Assembly (NCBI RefSeq): GCF_001194135.2
Contig: NC_068994.1
Coordinates: 14,516,279-14,549,339 of the forward strand
Direction of reading: 5' to 3'
DNA: 33,061 bases
Source: Octopus bimaculoides
Lineage: Eukaryota
Part shown: positions 12,601 to 24,732 of the stretch, piece by piece
Layout of the letters: each line of letters begins with the position of its first letter
Numbering within the stretch: the stretch's first letter is position 1
Translations under genes and position numbers: made by a program
The notes under the pieces: model-generated
What the model was told of the DNA's origin: nothing
Database searches by the model: none
Seen by the model: only the letters and a program-made list of their open reading frames with translations

Positions 12601-14804
12601 ATGGCGAATAAATTATAATAGCAGAAAGATTAGAAATTCTTTTTAGAACGAAAGTACTGGGGGGGGGNNNNNNNNNNNNNNNNNNNNNNNNNNNNGCAGG
12701 AAAGGAGGAAGTGTAAAAAGAAAAACAACTAACAACAACATCAACAACAACCCTTAGCAATATTTCACTTTTCAAATAACAATGAATTTTGATGTGCTTT
12801 TTTGAAAATTTTTTTTCTTTTTTTTCTTTTTTAAAGATTAGCTACAGAAGAAATGACCGAATAAAATTAGATTTCGAGACAGGAGGTAGCATGGTATAGT
12901 CTTGATTCAACTATCTGTTGGTAAATGATTACATTTTTTTTTTTTGTAATTTAAGGAATTTTGAAAAATCAATTTTTGTTTTGGGTTTTTTGTGTTATTT
13001 TTTTTTATCAGATAATAATAATATTAATAATGAAAAAAAAAAAAGTCTAGTATATTTATTTCACCACTTCTAAAGAATTTACCAATTAGCAGAGTACAAC
13101 ACAGACAAATAACAATGATAATATTAATAATTTCTTACATAGGCACCACACCACAAATTTAGGGAAAAGGGTTAGTCGATTGAATCAACCCCAGTACTTA
13201 AATGTACTCTCATCTTGGAAGGATGAAAATATAAATTTATCTTGGCAGATTTTAAATTACCTAATCCATATTTTCTCTTTAATCAATCAAATCATTTAAG
13301 GCAGTATTTCTGCAAATTGAAAGCAGAGTGGAGAATAGCTGGGAATATGCAGTGTTTTAGAAGGTTGTGGCAATCACACATTCCCTTTTGATGGGGAAAG
13401 CTTTGAAAGCAACAATGAAATAATAATACAATGATAATAATAATAATAGTAGCAGCAAGCCAAACCACACTGCTCAAATATGATTATTTCTTACGTTTGC
13501 ATAAAGCCAGAGATTTTTAGATTAGGGGTAGAGAAAAATGGGATGTTGTAATATTCATGCTTACACTCTAAAATGTATAAGTGAAACAACTTCACCGGTT
13601 TCGTTTTTTGTAAAAATTTTTGTTTTAGACAGAGGAGGAAGGGCAGCCTATAGGATACTTTTACAGGGATTTAGAAACTTGCAGTGGAGAGAGAGAGAGA
13701 GAGAGAGGAATAAAAATGGAGGTTATGACTCGTGGGTTATCTTTAGATCAAGGACCAGTTCCAAATGCTTGTAATAGACTAGATTCCACTAAACACATTC
13801 AAGAGACAGTTGGTGGCATTAAAACAGGGGATGGATTAAGTCAGGAATTTACTATGAAACAGCAGATGGTCAACAGTTCTATCTGGTCATTAGTATATCC
13901 ACTAAAGACGTTATTTTAGTGTGTGTGTGTGATATGAGAAAAATACACTTGAGCGGTACCCTACTGACCTCTCCAGGCCAACACCGCAAATAGCAAAACA
14001 CTCATCAGTTTCCATAGTGTTACCATTCCTATGTGCCAATGGTGTTATACCACCTTGTGGTACATACATACAGCTAAATGATGTAGGCCAAGGGGAAGAA
14101 TCTTTGCCATGGATACAACACAGAGGTAATAGGGTATAAACACCCCAACGATATTTCGACTGAAATTGCTGAGCAAGTGAGAGGAAACAGTAGGGTATAG
14201 AGAAGTTCTTAACACCTTTAACACTGAAGTAGAGGAGCTGAATCTAGAGAGAAAAAGCAACTTATTAATGAACTGAAATAGGAGAGAAGAATGATTATCA
14301 AAATAGAGATATTGGAAGCCAAAATAATAAAGAAAAATATATATAAAATAAAACTAGTGAGTGTTTTAATCTGAGAGATATATTTAGTTTCAATGAGATT
14401 TTTGCTATATTAATTTCTTTACATTCAGAACAGAAATGTTAAATATACGATTAAAGTAGTAAAAGCATTACTGTACATAATTTTACATGCACCCACACAC
14501 ACACACACACACATATAGACACATACACACATGGTTGTCACTTGTACCATGACCTGTATTATGATTTGGCAAACAGTTTTAGGTGCCCATATAGTTGTCA
14601 GCAGACAAAGATACCCTACACCAGCAAAATACCCTACACCAACACTGGCCAGGTGGTCTCTCAACCCTGAAGGGTCGAAAAGAATGCTGACATCAATGAG
14701 AGCCAGAACAAATATCACATTTTCACATGCATTCTCTCTCTCATTATATATATACGATCTCAGATCAGGTCAGGTCACTTGCTATGCATGTACATCATAA
14801 TCCC

Positions 14805-14836
<32 letters not shown>

Positions 14837-15639
14837 AAATCATCATCCTTTAACATCCATGTTGGTATAGGTTGGACAATTTGACAGGATCTGATGGGTT
14901 CAAGGGCTGCATTGTGCTCCAGTGTTTGTTTCTAAAGCTGGGTGCCCTTTGTAACGCCAACAACTTTACAGTAAGTACTGGGTGCTTTTTCTCTCTTATG
15001 TATCACCAGCAATAGTGAAAGAAAAAGTAACTGGCTCCTAGGTCAAACCTGATGTTGAATAATCCCAGTTGTATAAGTGGTTGAGTATTCTTTAGAAACT
15101 TGTATCCTTAATGTAATAGGAATATGTAACACAGTTGGACAATTGAAATGCAACAAGTTAAAATAAAGTTTACTGCAGTAGTCCCATCCAGAATGTTACA
15201 CGGGTTACTATGAAGTAGTAAATTATGGTTTAACATGCCAAACAAGAACAATTTTTGCTTCTTTTAATTCTGAAGTCATATTTTTAAACAAGAGGAAAAA
15301 TGTAAAATATAATTTACGCACACTCATAAAAGAGACCTCACTTTTCTTTCAGTTACATTATGGAAACTTCCAGCATTACAGGTTGTCTTCTTTTCATTTA
15401 TAACCACTATTATGTAGAATAGATTATCAATCACAATGGTACAGATATACAATGAAGGACTTTGATATTATTACAAAATAAATAAAACAAAGGTGATAAC
15501 AGCATCTGGGTTTAAAATGGCCACTAGTATTCTACATGTTTACAATGATGCAATTACATCATCTTTAATTTACGATGAAAAAAGAAAAATGGAAGCGGAG
15601 TAAAATTATTAAAGGGTAATCCTTTATTAAATGGTAATC

Positions 15640-15847
15640 CTTTCTACTAAAGACACAAGGCCTGAAATTTGGGGGCAGGAGGAGGATCAGTCAATTGCAT
15701 TGACCCCCCAGTGTTTCATTGGTACTTAATTTATCAACCCCGAAAGGATGAAAGGCGAAGTCGACCTCAGCGGAATTTGAACTCGGAACATAAGGATGGA
15801 TGAAATGCAGCAAAGCATTCTACCCAGCATGGTAACAATTCTGCCAA
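15640..15847 (-). mobile_element. SINE family C
   Basis: Homology to family C. Confidence 0.8.
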
Positions 15848-15892
15848 GACCATGTTTATTTGAAAGCAATCAAGATATTTCAGAAGTTGACT

Positions 15893-16130
15893 TCATCATC
15901 ATTTAATATCTATGTTCTATGCTGATATGGGGTACATGGTTTGACAGTATCTGCTGGACCCAAGGACTGACTGCACAGTGCTCCAGTGTCAGATTTGGCA
16001 TGGTTTCTAAGGTTGGATGCCCTTCCTAATGCCAACCACATTGCAGTTTGTACTGGGAGCTTTTTACATGCCACCAGCACTTATGAGGCCATCATGCAGT
16101 TTGCAAGACTACAAATCCCGAGGGGGCCCA
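15893..16130 (-). mobile_element. RTE-tail fragment
   Basis: Homology to 27800-28012. Confidence 0.7.
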
Positions 16131-16283
16131 CAGCAAATGGTAATTATGTCAATGCATATATATTAAATGATTAAAGAAGGAAGAACCATAAGAAAATAAC
16201 AATGAAATAGAAATACTGAATAAATCCTAATTACAATAACATATTTTAATATAATATATTTCACATTATGTTTCTCTCTCTAT

Positions 16284-16296
16284 ATGTATGTATGCT

Positions 16297-16357
<61 letters not shown>

Positions 16358-16375
16358 ATGTATATATATATTTAT
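16284..16375 (+). repeat. Compound (TG)n/(TA)n microsatellite
   Basis: Direct. Confidence 0.95.
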
Positions 16376-16521
16376 GTATAAAGGTTACGAAGGGTATTGG
16401 AGTCAACCAAACTCTAAAGATACAGGTAATGCCGAGTAAGTGCTGTATACCAACTAGTTTTGCCCCTGATGTGGTTGCAACATGAATGGGGAATATAACG
16501 TGGGTCGTGTATTAGCGTATG

Positions 16522-16639
16522 TATATATAAAAAAAGAATAAGATAAAGAGACCAATGGTATAAGTAGAATTATATTTTACATAAAATATGATTCTACTTA
16601 TGCCATTGGTCTCTTTATCTTATTCTTTTTTTATATATA
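16522..16639. repeat. Near-perfect 118-bp palindrome (58-bp arms, 2-nt centre), TA-flanked; possible foldback MITE
   Basis: 16522-16579 pairs with 16582-16639; the only deviations are T16559:G16602 and T16571:G16590. Confidence 0.95.
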
Positions 16640-16660
16640 TATTTATGTATGTATATATTT

Positions 16661-16990
16661 AATCATCGTTTAACGTCTGCCTTCCATGCTGGCATGGGTT
16701 GGACAGTTTGACAGGAACCGGCCAAGTAGAAAACTACCCCAGGCTACTGTGTCTGTTTTTGGCATGATATTTATGGCTGGATGCCCTCCCTAACGTGTGT
16801 GTGTGTGTGTGTGTTTAAGTATTTGTATGTATGTTATATATCATCATCATCATCATCATCGTTTAACGTCCGCCTTCCATGCTAGCATGGGTTGGACGAC
16901 TTGACTGAGGACTGGTGAAACCGGATGGCAACACCAGGCTCCAATCTAAATTTGGCAGAGTTTCTACAGCTGGATGCCCTTCCTAACGCC
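16661..16990 (-). mobile_element. Two short RTE-tail fragments separated by microsatellite
   Basis: ATCATCGTTTAACGTCCGCCTTCCATGCTAGCATGGGTTGG tail motif at 16661 and about 16850. Confidence 0.75.
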
Positions 16991-17422
16991 GATGCTTTCT
17001 AACCTAGGCTCTAGATCAATGTTCTAGAGGTGGGATAAATGAAAGCTAAAGTAAACCTTGGCAGGATTTTAACTAAGAATGAGAAGAAACATAACTAAAT
17101 ACTGCAAGACAGGTGTCGCCATCTACCACCTTTTCATAATGCTGCAGCATCAGTTGGTACTGGTGGTAGTGGTGCTGGCAGTGAGCTGTACCAAAACTGA
17201 ACATCAGACTATTTCACNNNNNNNNNNGGTGGACGATCACCAGGGAAGATCAGAATGAATGAACCCTTTTACAAAAAGAAACAAAAAATTAAGAACAAAA
17301 TAATAATAATAAAAGGACTAAATATAACAAAAAGACATTTAAATATATATATATATTGCAATAAATGTAGGAATTTACAAGCTTATATCTGTATATGGAT
17401 TAAGTTTTGTCACAGGCTGGCT

Positions 17423-17569
17423 TCATGGATTAACTGTAATAAGTTTGTTGTGGATCGTGTGGAGTTGAGATGGTTGGATATTGACGGGTATGACTTCGGG
17501 TCGGGTGCCAGGAGTGGGGATTGATATTCGCCCAAGTACCAGGCTGTCCAGGCTTTTCTCTTTTAGTAC
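17423..17569 (-). CDS. DCTN1: DCTN1-like terminal coding exon (48 aa + TGA)
   Basis: Acceptor ttctctcttcttctctag; [48 protein letters not shown] matches the human end ..[12 protein letters not shown]. Confidence 0.9.
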   Translation of the reverse strand, partial: VLKEKSLDSLVLGRISIPTPGTRPEVIPVNIQPSQLHTIHNKLITVNP

Positions 17570-19509
17570 CTAGAGAAGAAGAGAGAAAAAAGAAAGAAAA
17601 ATTGCTGATAACGTGTTTTAGCAGAGTTATAAATTAATAATGGTTTCAAATTTTGGCACAAGGCCAGCAATTTCGGGGGAGGCAGGTAAAGTTGATTACA
17701 TCAACCCTAATACTCGACCATGTGGAGGTGCAATGGCCCAGTGGTTAGGGCAGCAGACACGCGGTCATAGGATCACGGTTTCGATTCTCAGATCGGGCGT
17801 TGTGAGTGTTTATTGAGCGAAAACACCTAAAGCTCCGCGAGGCTCCGGCAGGGGATGGTGGCGAACCCTGCTGTACTCTTTCACCACAACTTTCTCTCAC
17901 TCTTACTTCCTGTTTCTGTTGTGCCTGTAATTCAAAGGGTCAGCCTTGTCACACTGTGTCACGCTGAATATTCCCGAGAACTAAGTTAAGGGTACACGTG
18001 TCTGTGGAGTGCTCAGCGACTTGCACGTTAATTTCACGAGCAGGCTGTTCCGTTGATCGGATCAACTGGAACCCTCGACGTCGTAAGCGACGGAGTGCCA
18101 GCAGCAACAACAATACTCGACTGGTACTTATTTTATGGACNNNNNNNNNNNNNNNNNNNNNNNNNNNNNNNNNNNNNNNNNNNNNNNNNNNNNNNNNNNN
18201 NNNNNNNNNNNNNNNNNNNNNNNNNNNNNNNNNNNNNNNNNNNNNNNNNNNNNNNNNNNNNNNNNNNNNNNNNNNNNNNNNNNNNNNNNNNNNNNNNNNN
18301 NNNNNNNNNNNNNNNNNNNNNNNNNNNNNNNNNNNNNNNNNNNNATGTGGAGGTGCAATGGCCCAGTGGTTAGGGCAGCAGACACGCGGTCATAGGATCA
18401 CGGTTTCGATTCTCAGATCGGGCGTTGTGAGTGTTTATTGAGCGAAAACACCTAAAGCTCCGCGAGGCTCCGGCAGGGGATGGTGGCGAACCCTGCTGTA
18501 CTCTTTCACCACAACTTTCTCTCACTCTTACTTCCTGTTTCTGTTGTGCCTGTAATTCAAAGGGTCAGCCTTGTCACACTGTGTCACGCTGAATATTCCC
18601 GAGAACTAAGTTAAGGGTACACGTGTCTGTGGAGTGCTCAGCGACTTGCACGTTAATTTCACGAGCAGGCTGTTCCGTTGATCGGATCAACTGGAACCCT
18701 CGACGTCGTAAGCGACGGAGTGCCAGCAGCAACAACAATACTCGACTGGTACTTATTTTATGGACCCTGAAATGGATGAAAGGCTAGGTTGACCTTGGTA
18801 GAATTTGAACTCAGAAAGTAAAGACAGACGAAATGCCACCAAGCATTTTGTCTGAAATGCTAATGGTTCTGCCAGGTTGCTGTCTTAGAATTATGAATTA
18901 ATAATAACAATAATAAACATAGGGGTTAATAACAATTTTACACAAGAAACTTTCAGGTTATATTCGAAACACTAGTTTAAACCTTTAGCATTTAAACTGG
19001 CCATATCCAGTCAAAACAAGCCTCCTGTTTTATGTTCAAACTGGCCTGATCTAGCCTCTTACACCTACCCTGCAATGTCATTCTAAAAATAGAAAATAAC
19101 ATCATCAACATCTCAAAGCTATGAAACAATACATGATTAATTCAAAATCATATGAATAAATAAGCTTTACCTTTGGCAGAGTAATTTGAACATTAAAGGT
19201 TTAATACAAAAGTAACTGTAAAAGTCATTTTATTAAATACAACTGAATTTTTGATTGCTCTCAAAGTTAATAGAAACACACATAGGTAATATATTTCAAC
19301 TGAAATATGGTAGTAGAATAAAAAAAAAAGTTAACAAAACTACATAGGCGTAGGAGTGGCTGTGTGGTAAGTAGCTTGCTTACCAACCACATGGTTCCGG
19401 GTTCAGTCCCACTGCGTAGCACCTTGGGTAAGTGTCTTCTACTATAGCCTCAGGCCGACCAAAGCCTTGAGAGTGGATTTGGTTGACGGAAACTGAAAGA
19501 AGCCCGTCG

Positions 19510-19555
<46 letters not shown>

Positions 19556-21053
19556 TGTGTGTGTGTATGTTTGTGTGTCTGTGTTTGTCCCCCCAACATC
19601 ACTTGACAACCGATGCTGGTGTGTTTACGTCCCCGTAACTTAGTGGTTTGGCAAAAGAGACCGATAGAGTAAGTACTAGGCTTACAAAGAATAAGTCCTG
19701 GGGTCGATTTGCTTGACTAAAGGCAGTGCTCCAGCATGGCCACAGTCAAATGACTGAAACAAGTAAAAGAGTAAAGAGTAAAGAGTAAAACTACATACCC
19801 GAGCATATTCAGGTGTTGGGAAAGATGAAAAATCTGTTCTCACTTGACCACCAGTCCTGTTTGCTGCCAGAAAATTGGTCACCTGGACTTGGAGCTGTTT
19901 AAAAGGAAAGAAAAAAAAATTAAATAATATCAGATACACAATTTTGAAAAAAAAAAATAAAGCAGATGATGTCATTTTAAGTGCTATGAGCGGAACTGGA
20001 ATACACAAGACATTGTTCTTTCCAGTCTATACAAGAATGGAAAAACTAGCATAAAGCCAATTAATTAGCTCTATAATATCTACAGACATGACTGGGTTAA
20101 CAGACAGGGCAAATGGATAATAAAGGCACTAGACAGCTGATCCATGTTACTAGCATTTGCACTGTGCTCTGGACACTTTACTGTACTTGCCTCAGCCTAC
20201 CTAGATGAACGTAGGTATCAATTCCCACTTCAAAGTTGAGTGGTTAGTGTTATATATGATATCCAGCTGTAATAATAGAAAGAAATTTAACAAAAAAGGA
20301 AAATAAGCGACACTTGCTCTAAAAATTCTTAGAAAGGTCCAGGTTTACAAAAACTACCTAAGATATGACACCATGAAAGATAGATATTAAGAAAGAAAAA
20401 AAATACTTAAAAATTACATAAAAAATGCTTTGACAGTGACTCCACATGTTATTTAGGGATTAAATGAAAGATCTGTTGATGCACACACAGCTAATGTTTT
20501 CCATGTATTCATGAAGTCAACACCCAACAATGATTCATGTGTTATTTAAATGAGAAATTAAAATCTTCCTGGAGAGAACACTGGACTATTGTAGATAAAT
20601 TTTCCGTTTGAAGAATTAAAATCCCAGTACTGCCAATGGGCTATAATGCTGCCATTATTTCTGGAGTATCTCCTTTGCCATTATGGAAGTTGATAACAAT
20701 ACTATGCCAGTCACTAGACAGTTTCTGTCTACCAAGTCAACTCACAAGGCTTTGGTCAGCCTGAGGCTTTAGTAGAAGACATTTCCAAGGTGCCACGCAG
20801 TGGGACTGAACCTGGAACCATGTGGTTGGTAAGCAAGCTACTTACCACACAGCCACTCTTGTGCCTATATATCATTTACTTTGTTTCAGTCATTAGACTG
20901 CAGCCATGCCCTGCCTTGAAGAATTTCTAGTCAAATATATTGACACCCAGTACTTATTCTATTGGTCATTTTTGCTGAACCGTTAAGTTATGGGGATGTA
21001 AAGACACCAGCACTGGTTGTCAAGTGGTGGGGTTGGCAAACACAGACACAAAG

Positions 21054-21086
<33 letters not shown>

Positions 21087-24000
21087 TATATATATNNNNN
21101 NNNNNNNNNNNNNNNNNNNNNNNNNNNNNNNNNNNNNNNNNNNNNNNNNNNNNNNNNNNNNNNNNNNNNNNNNNNNNNNNNNNNNNNNNNNNNNNNNNNN
21201 NNNNNNNNNNNNNNNNNNNNNNNNNNNNNNNNNNNNNNNNNNNNNNNNNNNNNNNNNNNNNNNNNNNNNNNNNNNNNNNNNNNNNNNNNNNNNNNNNNNN
21301 NNNNNNNNNNNNNNNNNNNNNNNNNNNNNNNNNNNNNNNNNNNNNNNNNNNNNNNNNNNNNNNNNNNNNNNNNNNNNNNNNNNNNNNNNNNNNNNNNNNN
21401 NNNNNNNNNNNNNNNNNNNNNNNNNNNNNNNNNNNNNNNNNNNNNNNNNNNNNNNNNNNNNNNNNNNNNNNNNNNNNNNNNNNNNNNNNNNNNNNNNNNN
21501 NNNNNNNNNNNNNNNNNNNNNNNNNNNNNNNNNNNNNNNNNNNNNNNNNNNNNNNNNNNNNNNNNNNNNNNNNNNNNNNNNNNNNNNNNNNNNNNNNNNN
21601 NNNNNNNNNNNNNNNNNNNNNNNNNNNNNNNNNNNNNNNNNNNNNNNNNNNNNNNNNNNNNNNNNNNNNNNNNNNNNNNNNNNNNNNNNNNNNNNNNNNN
21701 NNNNNNNNNNNNNNNNNNNNNNNNNNNNNNNNNNNNNNNNNNNNNNNNNNNNNNNNNNNNNNNNNNNNNNNNNNNNNNNNNNNNNNNNNNNNNNNNNNNN
21801 NNNNNNNNNNNNNNNNNNNNNNNNNNNNNNNNNNNNNNNNNNNNNNNNNNNNNNNNNNNNNNNNNNNNNNNNNNNNNNNNNNNNNNNNNNNNNNNNNNNN
21901 NNNNNNNNNNNNNNNNNNNNNNNNNNNNNNNNNNNNNNNGTCTGAGTCACTGGCTTGGTACCTGTTCAAAATGAAAATAACATTGAGTACATGTGCAACA
22001 CGGTATACAAAGGGAGATTAAATAATAAATAAATGTCATGTTTTTTTTAAAAATCCATTTAAATATACAAAATTTACTGAATAAGTCAAATCAGATAAAA
22101 AAAAAAAAGTCAAAACAGGTTTTAGTCCTTTGACCAGTTCTACTATATTCAAACTTCATTAACCCTTTCATTACTGTATTTATTTTGAGATGCTCTGTGT
22201 TTCTTTCTATTACTTTAAATATAACAAAGAATTTAGTAAAATAACTTAGTTATCATTCAGCTAGTGTTAGGAACATAAATTGTGACTAAGGTTTGGTGGA
22301 AGATTTTAGTCCAAAACTTATGAAAACAAGACATTAGTACTCAGAGCCAGAGCAGGTTTCAGCCGGGTTGGTAACAAAAGGGTTAAGGATAGTAAGGTAA
22401 CATTCAAGTTAGAGAACTGGACCCAGATATAAGCCAATAATAACCAAAATAGATGCTACTGTTCAACATGCTAACCCACCTCACATTCCATCATATCTAT
22501 CTGATGTATCATTACTGGTTTCAAATTCTAGCACAAGCCAGTAACTTCAAGGAAGGGAGCAAATCAATTACATTGACCCCAGCACCCAACTAGTATTTAT
22601 TTTATCAATCCTGAAAGGATGAAAGGTAAAGTTGACCTTGGAGGAATTTGAACTCAGAATGCAAAGATGGACTCAGAAACCATGGTCTACTGGTCTTGCC
22701 AAGCTGGAGGGGAGTGATTCAATCCCTTAATCAAAATATATCGGACACATATTGTGTGTCATTAACCAACTGGAAAAGACATTTTTCCTGAGGTTAAAAT
22801 GTAGTGACGTAACTCTTTATTGAACAGCCATGTTATAGTGGCAAAAAAAAAAAACGTTACCATCTAATATTGTTACCATGTTTAGAGATTTTAGAAGTAG
22901 CTATTTTGCTCATTATATATATATTTCGAAACGCCAGTATTATAATGGTGGCAGCTGATGAAGGAAATGTTCTCTATGTGGCCTGTGTGTTTTCTGTACC
23001 TTGTTTATAATATTGTCCATATTTTTTGCAACGTCCTGTACCCAGATATGCATTTATATATACATGTGGATGAAGGTATGTATATACATGTGGATGAAGG
23101 TATGTACATACATGTACGTATATACGCATATACTCATATATTATTTATATATATATATATAAGGTTATGATAAGAAATTAGAGAGTATGAGGTCAAACAA
23201 TAATAGCAATTTTGATGGGGTGGTTTTAACTATGGGCAATCCTGACTATACAAGAGCAAGACAGTTTCCATGGCATGTGTAGTGGTTCAAAATAGTCAGA
23301 TGTTTAGCAAAAGACTTACCAGGCTTTCTGCTACTGATGTCAATGACCACAGGGCAAGCACTCAGTTGATTAGCTTCCTGGAAACAAAAAAATGAATAAC
23401 AAATAAATAAAGAAATAAAAGTAAAAGCCAAATTCCAAATATTCTAGTTTCCCTTCAGATACAAATATGTAAATTATTTTTTTTTGTTTTTTTTTTTTAA
23501 ATGTTCACCTTCCCATGCTTGCATGAGCTGGATGGAATTCATTGAGGTGGATTTCTATGGATGAATGCTCTTCCTGTCACCAACCCTAATCTGTTTCCAA
23601 GTAAGGTAATATTTTCCCATGCCCAGACACAAATATCTGTGTTCAGTTATGCTTCCTGTCCCTTTATTTATAAATTCATTGACTTTGCCTTCGTTAATAA
23701 ATGATGATTAAACACAAATTTTGTTCTTTTCCCCAAGGCCAGACATGTTTTTACAGAAGATTGAAAATGAATGACACCATTTGTATGTCAGTGACAACAC
23801 ACAGACACACAAAGGCTTCTTTCAGTTTCCATCTACCAAAATCCACTCTGTCAGCTTGGGGCAATAGAAGTCACTAGCCCAAGGGTCACTTTTTACCATA
23901 CAGCCATGCCTTAAATATCTTTATACATCCTTAGGTAGATGAACCCTAAATTTAGAGGAGCAGGGCAACTGACAATTGAGCTGTTCATTCACTTGCAGGG

Positions 24001-24696
24001 AATGGCTTCAATTGTGATTGAAACCACATCAAAGCTGTCTTGATAGGGCTTCACTTTTAATGTGCAGTTTGTTCCATGGTGAAATTAAGGCACCATAAAA
24101 TAAACAAATCCAAGAGTAAAGTTAGAGACGCAGCTGATAACTATTTAGCAGTAAATGGGTTTGACAAATGGAACAGAATCATAGATCAGTGTAATGCTCT
24201 TTGCATGCACGTATGCACATGCTGTTATGCAACTAGTGCATAAACGAAAAAAATTAAAAGACATTCATTTTAAACCGACACAATTCACAGGGCCCATGAG
24301 TCATTTACACATTGCAGTTTATAGAATGCACTTACATAATTTTATATATTGATACAGGTTTATACACAAAATATATCTAAAAACACTAAAAATTAAAAAA
24401 AAACTCAGTGGACATATTTTATCACTGGAGAAACAATATAAGCTCATCATAACATTTTTACACAGACTCTACTAAAGGGAATGCTGAATCATAGTCTTTT
24501 ATTCTTTTACTTGTTTTAGTCATTTGACTGCGGCCATGCTGGAGCACCGCCTTTAGTCGAACAAATTGACCCCCCCAGGACATATTCTTTGAAAGCCTAG
24601 TACTTATTCTATCGGTTCTCTTTTGCCGAACTGCTAAGTTACAGGGACGTGAACACACCAACATTGGTTGTCAAGCAACAGTGGGGGAACAAACAG

Positions 24697-24732
<36 letters not shown>

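Larger units (their letters stand above)
17645..18887 (-). mobile_element. SINE family C interrupted by a family A insertion
   Basis: 17645-17718 and 18747-18887 join into one family C copy. Confidence 0.8.

Noticed and set aside
22918-22970. ATATTTC-GAAAC..CTGATGA-AGGAAATGT resembling a type II hammerhead
   Set aside because: Stem II could pair, but there is no UH cleavage triplet and no stem I next to CUGAUGA. At best it is a decayed element end.
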